A stretch of DNA of 64,000 nt from an uncultured Gammaproteobacteria bacterium (GCA_964467155.1 CAYXNZ010000002.1:14339-78338); one strand, 5' to 3'. Counted from the first letter of the stretch, positions 1 through 10,277 are shown. Numbers and translations: made by a program. Notes: generated by a model not told the origin, from the letters alone.

Positions 1-332
1 TAACAGTGACCAATTTAGAAATTATTGAAGTTGATCAAGCTAATAACATTTTGTTGATTAAAGGCGCAATTCCTGGAGCTAAGAGTGGTTTGATTCTTAT
101 TGCCGGTGAAGGTCAATTAAAGACTAGAGTGAAAAAAGAAGAAACTAAAAAAGTTAAAGAAGAAAAAATTGAAAAAATAGATACAGCTAAGGTTGATGTA
201 CCAGCAGAGGAGAATAAGGAAACAAAAAACGATAAAGAGATAAAAGATAATTCAGAAACTAAAGAAGAAAAAAAGATTAAAGAAAAAGTAGAAGATAAAA
301 AATCAATTGAAAAAGAAAAATCAGAAAAATAA
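1..332 (+). CDS. rplC: 50S ribosomal protein L3, C-terminal part (5' end lies outside the window), with a Lys/Glu-rich C-terminal extension
   Basis: Translation ...IIEVDQANNILLIKGAIPGAKSGLILI matches the conserved L3 C-terminus. Sits immediately upstream of rplD in canonical S10 operon order. Confidence 0.8.
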   Translation, partial: TVTNLEIIEVDQANNILLIKGAIPGAKSGLILIAGEGQLKTRVKKEETKKVKEEKIEKIDTAKVDVPAEENKETKNDKEIKDNSETKEEKKIKEKVEDKKSIEKEKSEK

Positions 333-334
333 AT

Positions 335-985
335 ATGATTAAATATCAAATTTACAACCAAAAAGGCGAATCAGTTGGAGAACAGAAGTTATCCGATAGA
401 ATTTTTAAAATTAAAGCAAATATAGCTTTAATCCACCAAGCAGTAGTAACGCAAAGGGCGAATCAACGACCAGTAATAGCACATACCAAAGGCAGAAGTG
501 AAGTCCGAGGTGGAGGTAAAAAACCATGGAAACAAAAAGGAACTGGACGAGCACGAGCTGGATCAACCAGATCACCTATTTGGATTGGCGGTGGAGTAAC
601 TTTTGGTCCAACCAATGAAAGAAATTTTAAGAAAAAGATTAACTTAAAAATGAAACAAAAAGCACTGTTTATGGCATTAAGCGATAAAACAGAACAAAAA
701 AATTTGGTTATTTTAGATAAACTTGATATAACTGAATTTAAGACTAGTGTTTTCAATAAGATTGTTAAAAACATAGAAGAAAAAATAAATAAAAAAGAAA
801 ATAAAAAAAGAAGTCTTTTAATAATTTCTGACAAATTAGATGAGAAAATTAAGTATGCGTCTAGAAATTTAGTTGGATTAAAATTAATGAATTTAAATAA
901 TATAAATATTGTTGATTTATTAAAATATCGAGATTTAACGTTAACTACGGAAGTAATTAAAAAATTAGAAGAAAGATTAAAATAA
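335..985 (+). CDS. rplD: 50S ribosomal protein L4
   Basis: 216-aa ORF with the L4-like core (RANQRPVIAHTKGRSEVRGGGKKPWKQKGTGRAR). Position between L3 and L23. Confidence 0.9.
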   Translation: MIKYQIYNQKGESVGEQKLSDRIFKIKANIALIHQAVVTQRANQRPVIAHTKGRSEVRGGGKKPWKQKGTGRARAGSTRSPIWIGGGVTFGPTNERNFKKKINLKMKQKALFMALSDKTEQKNLVILDKLDITEFKTSVFNKIVKNIEEKINKKENKKRSLLIISDKLDEKIKYASRNLVGLKLMNLNNINIVDLLKYRDLTLTTEVIKKLEERLK

Positions 986-986
986 T

Positions 987-1463
987 ATGGGTTTATTTGG
1001 TAATAAAAAAACTAAAGATGATGAGAAAGCTGAAGTAAAAATTTCAACTAAGGTTGCGACTACTGATGTAAAGAAAAAGGTTGAACCGAAAAAAACAGAA
1101 TCAGAAAAAAAAACCATGAAAGATTTATATAGTGATAATACAAAAGGCAAAACGGATAAGAAAAAAGAAAAAAAATACGGTAATGCTTATAGTATATTGC
1201 TACGACCATTAGTAACTGAAAAGGTAAGTAATCTATCAGCCGAAAATAAATATGTATTTGAAGTTTCAGTATCAGCTAATAAAATAGAAGTTGCTAAAGC
1301 AATTGAAGAAGTCTATGGAATCAAACCAGTAAAAATTAATATAATAAGAGTTATTGGTAAAAAAACCCGCTATGGACGAATAGCTGGTAGAAAAAAAGAT
1401 TGGAAAAAGGCAGTCGTTAGTTTGCCTGAAGGTAAAACTATTAAAGTTTATGAAGGAGTATAA
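987..1463 (+). CDS. rplW: 50S ribosomal protein L23 with a Lys-rich N-terminal extension
   Basis: C-terminal ~95 aa ([14 protein letters not shown]...[28 protein letters not shown]) is typical L23. Operon position fits. Confidence 0.9.
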   Translation: MGLFGNKKTKDDEKAEVKISTKVATTDVKKKVEPKKTESEKKTMKDLYSDNTKGKTDKKKEKKYGNAYSILLRPLVTEKVSNLSAENKYVFEVSVSANKIEVAKAIEEVYGIKPVKINIIRVIGKKTRYGRIAGRKKDWKKAVVSLPEGKTIKVYEGV

Positions 1464-1468
1464 TTAAT

Positions 1469-2317
1469 ATGGGAATAAAAAAAGCAAAACCAACAACACC
1501 AGGAAGACGAGGCGCTAGCTTTGATACATTTTCAGATATTACTGCTAAAAAACCTGAAAGGAAATTAATTGTAATTAAAAAGCAACATGCTGGTAGAAAT
1601 AATCAGGGCAAAATTACAATTAGACATAGAGGTGGTGGTGAAAAAAGATTTATCAGATTAATTGATTTTAAACGTGATAAATTTGGTGTACCTGGTAAGG
1701 TGGCAACAATTGAATATGATCCAAATAGGGGAGCAAGAATTGCTTTGATTAATTATAAAGATGGTGAAAAAAGATATATTATTGCACCGACAGAATTAAC
1801 GGTTGGGCAAGAGATTATGAGTTCTCGTGAAAAAATAGAAATTGTTACTGGTAATGCTATGCCAATTAAGAATATCCCAGCCGGTGTAGCCGTTTATAAT
1901 ATAGAATTGGAACCAGGTAAAGGTGGTAAAATTGCCAGAGCAGCTGGTAATTTAGTAAAAGTCATGGGTGTTGAAGGTAAATATGCTCAGATAAAAATGC
2001 CATCTGGTGAAATTAGATTGATAAAAAAAGATTGTATGTGTACTGTCGGTCAAGTTAGTAATCCCGATAAAAGACATATAAAAATTGGTAAAGCTGGCAG
2101 AAAGAGACATATGGGTATAAGGCCAACTGTTCGTGGTAAAGCAATGAATCCAGTCGATCATCCCCATGGTGGTGGAGAAGGTAATCAGCCAATTGGTTTG
2201 AAACATCCGAAGACTCCTTGGGGTAAACCAGCGTTAGGTGTTAGAACTAGAAACAAAAAGAAAGGTTCAGGTAAATTAATTATACAAAGAAGAAAAGCTA
2301 AAGGAAAAAGAAAATAA
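1469..2317 (+). CDS. rplB: 50S ribosomal protein L2
   Basis: 282 aa with conserved L2 motifs ([24 protein letters not shown]). Confidence 0.95.
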   Translation: MGIKKAKPTTPGRRGASFDTFSDITAKKPERKLIVIKKQHAGRNNQGKITIRHRGGGEKRFIRLIDFKRDKFGVPGKVATIEYDPNRGARIALINYKDGEKRYIIAPTELTVGQEIMSSREKIEIVTGNAMPIKNIPAGVAVYNIELEPGKGGKIARAAGNLVKVMGVEGKYAQIKMPSGEIRLIKKDCMCTVGQVSNPDKRHIKIGKAGRKRHMGIRPTVRGKAMNPVDHPHGGGEGNQPIGLKHPKTPWGKPALGVRTRNKKKGSGKLIIQRRKAKGKRK

Positions 2318-2332
2318 TTTAAAATAATTATT

Positions 2333-2620
2333 ATGTCAAGAAGTTTAAAAAAAGGTCCATACGTAAATCCAAGGATTTTGAATAAAATTAAAGATCTAAA
2401 ATCAGGTGATAGTACCGTGATTAAAGTTTGGGATAGATCCTGCACAGTTACCCCAGAAATGGTTGGTTTTACTTTTGGAGTTCATAATGGCAAACAACAT
2501 GTACCGATTACTATAGTTGAAAATATGGTTGGACATAAATTTGGTGAATTTGCACTAACTAGAAAATTTGTGAGTCATGGTGGTAAAATAGCCAAAGCTC
2601 AAGCCAAGGGTGGTAAGTAA
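2333..2620 (+). CDS. rpsS: 30S ribosomal protein S19
   Basis: 95 aa, MSRSLKKGPYV... and GHKFGEFALTR S19 signature. Confidence 0.95.
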   Translation: MSRSLKKGPYVNPRILNKIKDLKSGDSTVIKVWDRSCTVTPEMVGFTFGVHNGKQHVPITIVENMVGHKFGEFALTRKFVSHGGKIAKAQAKGGK

Positions 2621-2632
2621 TAATTTGATTAA

Positions 2633-3229
2633 TTGTATAAAATTAATATGGAAGTAAGCGCAAATATAAAATTTCTTCGTATATCACCCCGAAAAATTCG
2701 GGTAGTGGCAGATGCAGTCAGAGGTATGACTGTTGAGCAAGCATTGGCTCAATTGAAATTTATAAACAAAAAAGCAGTTAAACCAGTTGAGAAGTTGATA
2801 AAATCAGCTGTGGCTAATGCTGAGCATAATTTAGAAATTGCGCAAGACAACTTGCTTTTAAAAACAATTACTGTAGATGATGGACCAACATTAGATCGTT
2901 GGATGCCAAGAGCTCATGGTAGAGCCACACCAATTAGAAAAAGAACTAGTCATGTTAAAGTAATTTTGGCTGAAATTAAAGAAAGTGCTAAAAAAGAAAT
3001 AAAGAAACAAAAAATAGATGCTCCAGTAAAATTGGGTAGTCAACCAGAGAAGGAAAATAAAGTAGAAGTTGAAAAATCAGAAACTTCAAAAGAAGTTGAT
3101 AAAAAAACAGAGACAGAAAAAGGTAAAGTCACTGAAGATCCAAGACAGGAAGGAAAAGGCGGACATACTAGAATAGAAGGCGGAGCAAAAGGTTTTGCTA
3201 AAAAAGTATTTAGAAGAAAGAGTGGATAA
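2633..3229 (+). CDS. rplV: 50S ribosomal protein L22 with a long Lys/Glu-rich C-terminal extension
   Basis: N-terminal 115 aa are L22-like (ISPRKIRVVADAVRGMTVEQA). The start may instead be the internal ATG at 2648. The C-terminal ~80 aa are low-complexity KE-rich. Confidence 0.9.
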   Translation: MYKINMEVSANIKFLRISPRKIRVVADAVRGMTVEQALAQLKFINKKAVKPVEKLIKSAVANAEHNLEIAQDNLLLKTITVDDGPTLDRWMPRAHGRATPIRKRTSHVKVILAEIKESAKKEIKKQKIDAPVKLGSQPEKENKVEVEKSETSKEVDKKTETEKGKVTEDPRQEGKGGHTRIEGGAKGFAKKVFRRKSG

Positions 3230-3254
3230 TTTATAATTGGTAAAATAATATACT

Positions 3255-3950
3255 ATGGGTAAAAAAGTAAATCCAAAAGTCATTCGATTAGGTACTACAA
3301 GGACATGGCCGTCCAAGTGGTTTGGCTTAGGTAAGGAATTTATAAATAACACTAAACAAGACATACAAGTTAGAAAACACATGATTGGAAAAATGCGTGA
3401 AGCAGGTATAGATAGAGTGGAGATTGAGAGAAGTCGAGGAAAAATAAGCGTTAACATTTTTACAGCTAAGCCAGGTTTAATTATCGGACGTGGCGGAACT
3501 GGAGCTGAGGATATTAAAAAAGAATTACACAAAAAATACTTAAAGAATTTTAAAATAGCAGACATTAATTTAAATATTACTGAAGTTGATAGACCAAACT
3601 TAAGTGCTCAGATTATTGTTCAGTCAATGTCTTTGGAACTTGAAAAAAGAGTACCATTTAGACGTGTTATGAAACAAGTTATAGGTAGAGTTGAAAGAGC
3701 TGGCGCACTTGGTATCAAGGTTATTGTTGCCGGTAGACTTAACGGTGCTGAAATTGCTCGATCTGAAATGTTGACATCTGGCAAAGTACCACTACATACT
3801 TTGCGAGCAGACATTGATTATGCTAGAGGTGTTGCTAGAACTACCTATGGTGCAGTTGGAATCAAGGTTTGGATTTATAAAAAAGATATTTTTAAAAAAG
3901 AAGAAGAAGCCGTGAAAGGTGAAATAATCGGCGAGAAAAAAAGTAAATAG
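3255..3950 (+). CDS. rpsC: 30S ribosomal protein S3
   Basis: 231 aa with KH domain and S3 C-terminal motifs ([31 protein letters not shown]). Confidence 0.95.
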   Translation: MGKKVNPKVIRLGTTRTWPSKWFGLGKEFINNTKQDIQVRKHMIGKMREAGIDRVEIERSRGKISVNIFTAKPGLIIGRGGTGAEDIKKELHKKYLKNFKIADINLNITEVDRPNLSAQIIVQSMSLELEKRVPFRRVMKQVIGRVERAGALGIKVIVAGRLNGAEIARSEMLTSGKVPLHTLRADIDYARGVARTTYGAVGIKVWIYKKDIFKKEEEAVKGEIIGEKKSK

Positions 3951-3958
3951 AAAAAAAT

Positions 3959-4363
3959 ATGTTAATGCCAAAAAAAACAAAGCATAGAAAATCACATAAA
4001 GGCAAAAGAGGTGGTAAAGCTACTCGTTTGACTGAAGTTAATTTTGGTAGTTTTGGATTAAAAGCAGTTGAAGCTCATTGGATAACAGCGAGACAAATAG
4101 AAGCTGCACGACGAGTAATAACCAAATATACTAAAAAAGGTGGTAATATGTGGATTAGGATATTCCCAGACAAGCCAGTTACTCAAAAAGGTGGAGAAAT
4201 ACCTATGGGTAAAGGTAAGGGCGCGGTTGATCATTATGTTGTTGTCGTTAAACCAGGAGCAATAATGTTTGAAGTAGAAGGTATTGATGAAAAAATGGCT
4301 AAGGAAGCTTTGATTTTAGCGGCTCATAAATTACCGATAAAATGTAAATTTGTAAAGAAATAA
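3959..4363 (+). CDS. rplP: 50S ribosomal protein L16
   Basis: 134 aa, [15 protein letters not shown]... and a [11 protein letters not shown]-like L16 core. Confidence 0.95.
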   Translation: MLMPKKTKHRKSHKGKRGGKATRLTEVNFGSFGLKAVEAHWITARQIEAARRVITKYTKKGGNMWIRIFPDKPVTQKGGEIPMGKGKGAVDHYVVVVKPGAIMFEVEGIDEKMAKEALILAAHKLPIKCKFVKK

Positions 4364-4367
4364 TTAT

Positions 4368-4613
4368 ATGGAATTCAAAGAGCTAAAAAAGAAAAAAACA
4401 ATAGATTTGCATAAAATATTAGCTGAATCAAGAGATAAGCTGAGAGAGCTTAAATTTAAAGATGCCAATAAACAGTTGAAGAACGTTCGAGAAATAAGAA
4501 TAATTAGAAAAACAATTTCTCAGATATTAACAATTTTAAATATTTCAGATAAAGAAGAAGCAAATATCAAAGAAGAAAAGAAGGTATCAACAGTAAAAGA
4601 AAATAAAGAATAA
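4368..4613 (+). CDS. rpmC: 50S ribosomal protein L29
   Basis: 81 aa, helical L29-like core (ELRELKFK...NVREIRIIRKTISQILT). Position after L16. Confidence 0.85.
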   Translation: MEFKELKKKKTIDLHKILAESRDKLRELKFKDANKQLKNVREIRIIRKTISQILTILNISDKEEANIKEEKKVSTVKENKE

Positions 4614-4618
4614 ATTAT

Positions 4619-4924
4619 ATGGAAAATAATAAAGCACAAGAAAAAGAAATAAATCAAACGAAACAACAGGTGGATAAAATTAGAAAAAAATTCAATGGTG
4701 TTGTTTTTAGTAATTCTATGGATAAAACAGTTACAGTAATTGTTAGTCGAGTGAAAATGCATCCAAAATATAAAAAAAGATATACAGTTACAAAAAAATA
4801 TAAAGTACATGATGAACAAAATAAATGTAAAAAAGAAGATAAAGTTGTATTTGTTGAATGTCGGCCAATGAGTAAAAGCAAGAGATGGAGAATAGTTTAT
4901 CAAGCTGATAATAATAAAAAATAA
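4619..4924 (+). CDS. rpsQ: 30S ribosomal protein S17
   Basis: 101 aa, GVVFSNSMDKTVTVIVSRVKMHPKYKKRY typical S17 OB-fold sequence. Confidence 0.9.
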   Translation: MENNKAQEKEINQTKQQVDKIRKKFNGVVFSNSMDKTVTVIVSRVKMHPKYKKRYTVTKKYKVHDEQNKCKKEDKVVFVECRPMSKSKRWRIVYQADNNKK

Positions 4925-4931
4925 TTAATAT

Positions 4932-5303
4932 ATGATACAGGTACAGACAAGATTAAAAGTAGCAGACAACGCTGGCGCAAAAAGAGTTATGTGTATTAGA
5001 GTTTTAGGTGGTTACCGCAGAAGATATGCGCGAGTTGGAAATATTATCACAGCTTCAGTGAAAGAAGCCGTGCCTCATTCAGCTATCAAAAAAGGTGATG
5101 TGGTTAGAGCTGTAGTTGTTAGAACAAAAAAAGAAATCGGTAGAGCTGATGGTACTTATTTACGTTTTGATGAAAACGCCTGTGTTATAATTGATAAAGA
5201 AAAGAAAGAAATTAAAGGCACTAGAATCTTTGGTCCAATTGCCAGAGAGGTGAAACAAGCTGGGTATAATAAAATTGCTTCTTTAGCTCCAGAAGTTTTA
5301 TAA
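4932..5303 (+). CDS. rplN: 50S ribosomal protein L14
   Basis: 123 aa, [22 protein letters not shown]... highly conserved L14. Confidence 0.95.
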   Translation: MIQVQTRLKVADNAGAKRVMCIRVLGGYRRRYARVGNIITASVKEAVPHSAIKKGDVVRAVVVRTKKEIGRADGTYLRFDENACVIIDKEKKEIKGTRIFGPIAREVKQAGYNKIASLAPEVL

Positions 5304-5343
5304 AGATTGAAGCAAAAAGTAAAAACAGTAATATATTATAAAT

Positions 5344-5676
5344 ATGAAAATCAAAAAAGGCGATAAAGTAAAAATACTATCAGGAAAAGATAAAGGCAAA
5401 ACAGGAAAAGTTTTGCAAGTTTTTCCTTCTAGGAATAAAGCTAGTATTGAAGGTTTAAATCTTTTGATTAAGCACATGCGACCAAAAAAGCAGGGAGAAA
5501 AAGGTCAGAGAATTGAATTTCCAGCACCAATGGATTTATCAAATGTCATTCTAGATTGTCCGAAATGTGGTCGACCAACAAGAATTGCTTACAAATATTT
5601 AGATATTACTAAGGGTGATAAAAAAACCAAGAAAAAGACAAGAGTTTGTAAAAAATGTAAACAAATAATTGATTAG
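5344..5676 (+). CDS. rplX: 50S ribosomal protein L24 (KOW) with a C4 zinc-ribbon C-terminus
   Basis: MKIKKGDKVKILSGKDKGKTGKVL KOW motif. The C-terminus carries CPKC...CKKC in place of the usual non-Zn L24 tail. Confidence 0.9.
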   Translation: MKIKKGDKVKILSGKDKGKTGKVLQVFPSRNKASIEGLNLLIKHMRPKKQGEKGQRIEFPAPMDLSNVILDCPKCGRPTRIAYKYLDITKGDKKTKKKTRVCKKCKQIID

Positions 5677-5681
5677 TTATT

Positions 5682-6221
5682 ATGAGATTAGAAGAAAAAT
5701 ATAAAAAAGAAATTATACCAGCTATGAAAAATAAATTTGGTTATAAAAATGCCATTGCAGTACCAAAGTTATCTAAGGTTGTGATTAATGTTGGTATCGG
5801 TAAACATTCCAAAGAAAAGGACTATGTGAATAGTGTCGTCAACAATGTTCTAAGAATATCTGGTCAAAAACCAGTCCTAACTAAAGCTAAGAAATCAATT
5901 TCAGCTTTTAAGATCAGAGACGGTATGGTTATTGGTGTGGCAGTGACTTTGAGAGGTAAACGAATGTATGATTTTGTACAAAAGTTAATTAACATTACCT
6001 TTCCTCGAGTTAGAGATTTTAGAGGTATAAAAACAAGTCAGACTGACAAACAAGGTAATTTATCAATTGGTTTTAAAGAACACATATCTTTTCCTGAAAT
6101 TAAAGTAGATGAAGTTGATAATATACACGGTTTAGAGGTTTGTCTACATACGACAGCTGAAACAAAAGAAGCTGGTTTAGAATTATTCAAACTATTAGGT
6201 TTTCCATTCATTAAAGAATAA
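5682..6221 (+). CDS. rplE: 50S ribosomal protein L5
   Basis: 179 aa, typical L5 motifs (KNAIAVPKLSKVVINVGIG, FPEIKVDEVD). Confidence 0.95.
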   Translation: MRLEEKYKKEIIPAMKNKFGYKNAIAVPKLSKVVINVGIGKHSKEKDYVNSVVNNVLRISGQKPVLTKAKKSISAFKIRDGMVIGVAVTLRGKRMYDFVQKLINITFPRVRDFRGIKTSQTDKQGNLSIGFKEHISFPEIKVDEVDNIHGLEVCLHTTAETKEAGLELFKLLGFPFIKE

Positions 6222-6238
6222 TAAAATAATATTTAGAT

Positions 6239-6424
6239 ATGGCTAGAAAAGCTTTAATAGCAAAATCAAAAAGAACACCTAAATTTTCTACTCGTACGAT
6301 TAGACGTTGTTGGCGTTGTGGTAGAAATAAGGGTTATATGAGAGATTTTGGATTATGCCGAATATGCTTTAGAGAATTAGCTGAAAATACAGATATTCCA
6401 GGAGTAACTAAATCATCGTGGTAA
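6239..6424 (+). CDS. rpsZ: 30S ribosomal protein S14, type Z (zinc-binding, 61 aa)
   Basis: Short S14 with [20 protein letters not shown] zinc-binding cysteines. Position between L5 and S8. Confidence 0.9.
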   Translation: MARKALIAKSKRTPKFSTRTIRRCWRCGRNKGYMRDFGLCRICFRELAENTDIPGVTKSSW

Positions 6425-6463
6425 TTGTTAAGCAATTAATATAAAAATAATTTTAGAAAAATT

Positions 6464-6877
6464 ATGAGTGATCCAATCGCGGACATGTTAACAAGAATCA
6501 GAAACGCTTCAGCCGTAGGGAAAGAAGTCATTGTTTTACCAATGAGTAAAATAAAATATAATCTGGCTAAGATCTTAGAAAGAGATGGCTGGGTAGGCAA
6601 AGTTGAAAAGATAAAGACAAAAGGGAAGAAAAACAATAGCTTTATGTTTGATGAACTAAAGATTGTTTTAAGGTATAATTCTAACGGTAGATCAAAGATA
6701 TCTTCTTTAAAAAAGATAAGTAAACCAGGCAGAAGAGTATACGTTGGAAAAGATAAATTACCAAAAGTATTAAATAATTTAGGTATTTCGATAATTTCAA
6801 CACCACAAGGCCTAATGACGAATAAAGAAGCAGGGAAATTAGGTATTGGAGGAGAAGTTATTTGTGAAATTTATTAA
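6464..6877 (+). CDS. rpsH: 30S ribosomal protein S8
   Basis: MSDPIADMLTRIRNA... canonical S8 N-terminus, 137 aa. Confidence 0.95.
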   Translation: MSDPIADMLTRIRNASAVGKEVIVLPMSKIKYNLAKILERDGWVGKVEKIKTKGKKNNSFMFDELKIVLRYNSNGRSKISSLKKISKPGRRVYVGKDKLPKVLNNLGISIISTPQGLMTNKEAGKLGIGGEVICEIY

Positions 6878-6882
6878 TTTAT

Positions 6883-7428
6883 ATGTCAAGATTAGGAAAA
6901 TTACCAATTGAATTATTAGACGGAGTTCAAGCAAAAATTGAAGGAGATTTTATTATTGTCAAAGGACCAAAAGGTGAGTTGAGTCAACAATTAAATCCTT
7001 TAGTTAAAGTTGATATTGGTGAAAAAGAAATTACAGTTTCTTCTTTAGGAAAGAATAGAAAAGAAATTGCTTTTTGGGGTCTATACCGTAGTTTGATAAA
7101 TAATATGGTTCAGGGAGTAACAAGCGGTTATGAAAAAAAACTAGAGGTTAATGGTGTTGGTTATCGAGCAGCTGTTAGTGGTAGGGAAGTTATCTTAAAT
7201 GTTGGTTTTTCACATCCAGTAGAATATCAATTACCTGAAGGAATACAGGCTAGCGTTGAAGGCAATATTATTACGATTACTGGGATTGATAAACAAGCTG
7301 TTGGTGAAGTAGCAGCACAATTAAGAAAAGTCAGAAAACCAGAACCTTATAAAGGTAAAGGTATTAAATATATAGATGAAATAATTAGACGAAAAGCTGG
7401 AAAAACAGCTTCTAAGACAGAAGCTTAA
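6883..7428 (+). CDS. rplF: 50S ribosomal protein L6
   Basis: MSRLGKLPIELLDGVQAKIEGDFIIVKGPKGELS typical L6, 181 aa. Confidence 0.95.
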   Translation: MSRLGKLPIELLDGVQAKIEGDFIIVKGPKGELSQQLNPLVKVDIGEKEITVSSLGKNRKEIAFWGLYRSLINNMVQGVTSGYEKKLEVNGVGYRAAVSGREVILNVGFSHPVEYQLPEGIQASVEGNIITITGIDKQAVGEVAAQLRKVRKPEPYKGKGIKYIDEIIRRKAGKTASKTEA

Positions 7429-7440
7429 TTTGAATAAAAT

Positions 7441-7794
7441 ATGGATAGAGCAAAGAAAAAACAAACAACAAAGATTAGACGAAAAGCTAAAATTAGAGTT
7501 AAAGTTAAAGGTACAGCTAAGCGTCCAAGATTAAGCGTGTTTAGATCTAACGCTAATATTTATGTACAGATAATTGATGATGATAAAGGTGTAACTTTAG
7601 CTAGCGCTCATAGCAAAGAAATAAAATCAGATGGTAAGAAAACTGAAATTTGTTTTGAATTAGGTAAAGAACTTGCCAAAAAAGCACTTGATAAGAAAAT
7701 CAAGGAAACTGTTTTCGATAGAGGTGGTTATCAATTTCATGGTCGAATAAAGGCGGTTGCTGATGGAGCCAGAGAAGGTGGTTTAAAAATATAA
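7441..7794 (+). CDS. rplR: 50S ribosomal protein L18
   Basis: 117 aa, [20 protein letters not shown]... and [24 protein letters not shown]18 motifs. Confidence 0.9.
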   Translation: MDRAKKKQTTKIRRKAKIRVKVKGTAKRPRLSVFRSNANIYVQIIDDDKGVTLASAHSKEIKSDGKKTEICFELGKELAKKALDKKIKETVFDRGGYQFHGRIKAVADGAREGGLKI

Positions 7795-7814
7795 TAAAAT
7801 ACAAAATATTAAAT

Positions 7815-8423
7815 ATGTCAGAAGAAAAGCAACAAAAAAATGATAAATCTGCGAATCAGGTAGAAAAAAGACAGCCGAAGAATTTTAAAAATACTGGTAA
7901 CCGAAGAAGAAATTTTAGAGACAGAAAAGATGAACCAAAAGATGATTTTGAGCAGAAAATATTGGATCTAGCTAGAGTTACTAGAGTTATGGCTGGAGGT
8001 AAAAGAATGAGATTTAGAGCCTGTGTCGCTGTTGGCGATAAAAAAGGGCATGTTAGCGTTGGTGTCGCTAAAGGTACAGACGTGACTATGGCAGTATCCA
8101 AAGCTGTAAATAGGGCAAAAAAAGACATTGTAGATGTACCAATAGTTAAGGATACTATTCCTCATGAAATTTATCATAAATTGGGTGCTTCAAAAATTTT
8201 ATTTAAGCCTGCCCGAAAAGGCCGAGGTATTATTGCTGGTGGTGTAGTCAGAATTGTTCTAGAATTAGCTGGCATCCACAATATTACAAGTAAAATATTA
8301 GGTACATCAAATAAATTAAATAATTCTAAATGTACGATAGCGGCTTTAAAAAAACTTAAAAAAGGTAAACCAGTGGTCGTAGAAAATAAAATAAATCAGT
8401 CAGACAATAAAGATTCTAAATAA
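7815..8423 (+). CDS. rpsE: 30S ribosomal protein S5 with a basic N-terminal extension
   Basis: Core RVTRVMAGGKRMRFRACVAVGDKKGHVSVGVAKG and GRGIIAGG are S5 signatures. ~55-aa K/R-rich N-terminal extension. Confidence 0.9.
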   Translation: MSEEKQQKNDKSANQVEKRQPKNFKNTGNRRRNFRDRKDEPKDDFEQKILDLARVTRVMAGGKRMRFRACVAVGDKKGHVSVGVAKGTDVTMAVSKAVNRAKKDIVDVPIVKDTIPHEIYHKLGASKILFKPARKGRGIIAGGVVRIVLELAGIHNITSKILGTSNKLNNSKCTIAALKKLKKGKPVVVENKINQSDNKDSK

Positions 8424-8427
8424 AAAT

Positions 8428-8880
8428 ATGACAATATCATTACACAATTTAAAACCGGCTAAGGGATCGCAAAAAAAGAGAAAAAGAGTTGGGCGTGGTA
8501 ATGCTTCAGGTCATGGTACTTACAGCACCAGAGGTCAAAAAGGTCAACGTTCAAGAAGTGGTGGTAAAAGTGGTTTGAAAAAATTAGGTTTCAGACAGAC
8601 TCTTCAAGGGATACCTAAGCATCGTGGTTTTAAATCCTTGAGATCAGATAATCAACCAGTCAATTTATCTGAAATTAATAAATTTTTTAAAGATGGTGAT
8701 AAGATAGACGCAAAAGGATTGTTGAAGGCAGGTTTAATAAAAAGGGTTAATTTACCAGTTAAAATTTTGTCTTTAGGAGAATTGAAATTAAAAAAATTAA
8801 TATTTTCTAACATTAAATTTAGTCAATCAGCAAAAGAGCAGATTGAAAAATGTGGTGGGAAAATAGTTGATAAAGCTTAG
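8428..8880 (+). CDS. rplO: 50S ribosomal protein L15
   Basis: MTISLHNLKPAKGSQKKRKRVGRGNASGHGTYSTRGQKGQ typical L15. Directly follows S5 with no L30 gene between. Confidence 0.9.
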   Translation: MTISLHNLKPAKGSQKKRKRVGRGNASGHGTYSTRGQKGQRSRSGGKSGLKKLGFRQTLQGIPKHRGFKSLRSDNQPVNLSEINKFFKDGDKIDAKGLLKAGLIKRVNLPVKILSLGELKLKKLIFSNIKFSQSAKEQIEKCGGKIVDKA

Positions 8881-8898
8881 TCTTTTAAGCATAATCAT

Positions 8899-10170
8899 AT
8901 GTTTCACAAATTAGTTCAAATTTGGAAGGCGCGTGATTTACGAAACAACATATTATTTGTTTTGGGTATGTTAGTAATTTTTCGTTTAGCAGCCCATATT
9001 CCAATACCTGGAGTTAATGTAATGGCTTTAAAAGAGTTTTTTTCATCTAATCAAATATTAGGATTAATGAATATTTTTTCTGGTGGTGGCATGGAAAATT
9101 TTTCCATTGTTATGATGGGTGTAGCTCCTTATATTACAGCTTCTATTATATTTCAGTTATTAGCTATGATTATCCCAGCTTTAGAAGAATTAAATAAAGA
9201 AGAATCTGGTAGACAAAAAGTAAACATGTGGACACGTTGGTTGACTGTGCCATTAGCAGCATTACAGTCATATAGTATGATTGTTTTACTTAAACGTTCA
9301 TCTTATTCTATCTTGGGAGAATTGAGTGCTTTTGATATGATTTCTATGGTTGTTATTATTACGGCAGGTACTATTTTCTTAATGTGGTTAGGAGAATTAA
9401 TTAGTGAAAAGAAAATTGGTAATGGTATTTCTCTGTTGATTTTTGCTGGAATAGTTGCTGGATTGCCACAAACGATTCAACAGGTAGCTTTCACTTTTGA
9501 TCAATCGCAACTTTTCATGATACTCGGTTTTATTGTTATAGCTTTAATAACAGTTGTTAGCGTAGTCATCATTACAGAGGGCCAGCGCAATGTACCAGTC
9601 CAATATGCTAGACAGGTTAGAGGAAATCGAATGTATGGTGGCACTAGTACGCATTTACCACTAAGAGTTAATATGGCTGGTGTTATTCCAATCATTTTTG
9701 CCATATCAGTTGTTCTATTCCCTTCAATGATTGCTCAGTTTTTTATTCACGCCAGAAGTGCGTGGATAGCTAATTCAGCCGAATGGATTATTGGTATTAT
9801 GCAAAATCAATTGATTTATGGAATTTTATACTTTTTGTTAGTTTTTGCTTTTACATATTTTTACACGGAAGTTATTTTTCACCCAACTCAAATTGCTGAA
9901 AACTTACAGAAACAAGGTGGTTTTATACCAGGCATTAGACCAGGCAGACATACGAGTGAATATCTAGCTAATACCACTCATAAAATAATTTTTGTTGGTG
10001 CTTTATTTTTAGGTATTATTGCTATCTTACCTTTGATTTTACGTTATTTTACTGGCATGCAAGCATTAGCTTTGGGCGGTACTAGTTTATTGATCGTGGT
10101 GGCAGTTGTTATAGAAACAGTTAAGCAAATAGAATCTCAGCTAACTATGCGTGAATACGAAGGAGCTTAG
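8899..10170 (+). CDS. secY: Preprotein translocase subunit SecY
   Basis: 423 aa, multi-TM, conserved SecY N-terminus (NNILFVLGMLVIFRLAAHIPIPGV). Position after L15. Confidence 0.95.
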   Translation: MFHKLVQIWKARDLRNNILFVLGMLVIFRLAAHIPIPGVNVMALKEFFSSNQILGLMNIFSGGGMENFSIVMMGVAPYITASIIFQLLAMIIPALEELNKEESGRQKVNMWTRWLTVPLAALQSYSMIVLLKRSSYSILGELSAFDMISMVVIITAGTIFLMWLGELISEKKIGNGISLLIFAGIVAGLPQTIQQVAFTFDQSQLFMILGFIVIALITVVSVVIITEGQRNVPVQYARQVRGNRMYGGTSTHLPLRVNMAGVIPIIFAISVVLFPSMIAQFFIHARSAWIANSAEWIIGIMQNQLIYGILYFLLVFAFTYFYTEVIFHPTQIAENLQKQGGFIPGIRPGRHTSEYLANTTHKIIFVGALFLGIIAILPLILRYFTGMQALALGGTSLLIVVAVVIETVKQIESQLTMREYEGA

Positions 10171-10214
10171 TTTTAAGCAAAATAATAAAAATAGAAACCG
10201 AACTAACTCCAAAA

Positions 10215-10243
10215 ATGGGGTTTTTTCGTTTTTATGGGCATGT
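10215..10243 (+). promoter_or_regulatory. Candidate extended -10 promoter (TGgTATAAT) upstream of the 10278 ORF
   Basis: Sequence catgTGgTATAATgg at 10232-10243, about 35 nt upstream of the ATG. The -35 is weak. Confidence 0.35.
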
Positions 10244-10277
10244 GGTATAATGGTATTGAGGAAATTAATTCAAATTT

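Noticed and set aside
113-4903. Multiple minus-strand ORFs antisense to ribosomal protein genes (e.g. 113..361, 463..834, 1952..2206, 3086..3565, 4520..4903)
   Set aside because: They are antisense to highly conserved r-protein genes. Their products are hydrophobic low-complexity translations of A-rich sense strands.
10185-10225. Rho-independent terminator after secY
   Set aside because: Only a weak, imperfect stem (aaaccgaa…ttcgtttt) with a 22-nt loop. Not convincing enough to call.
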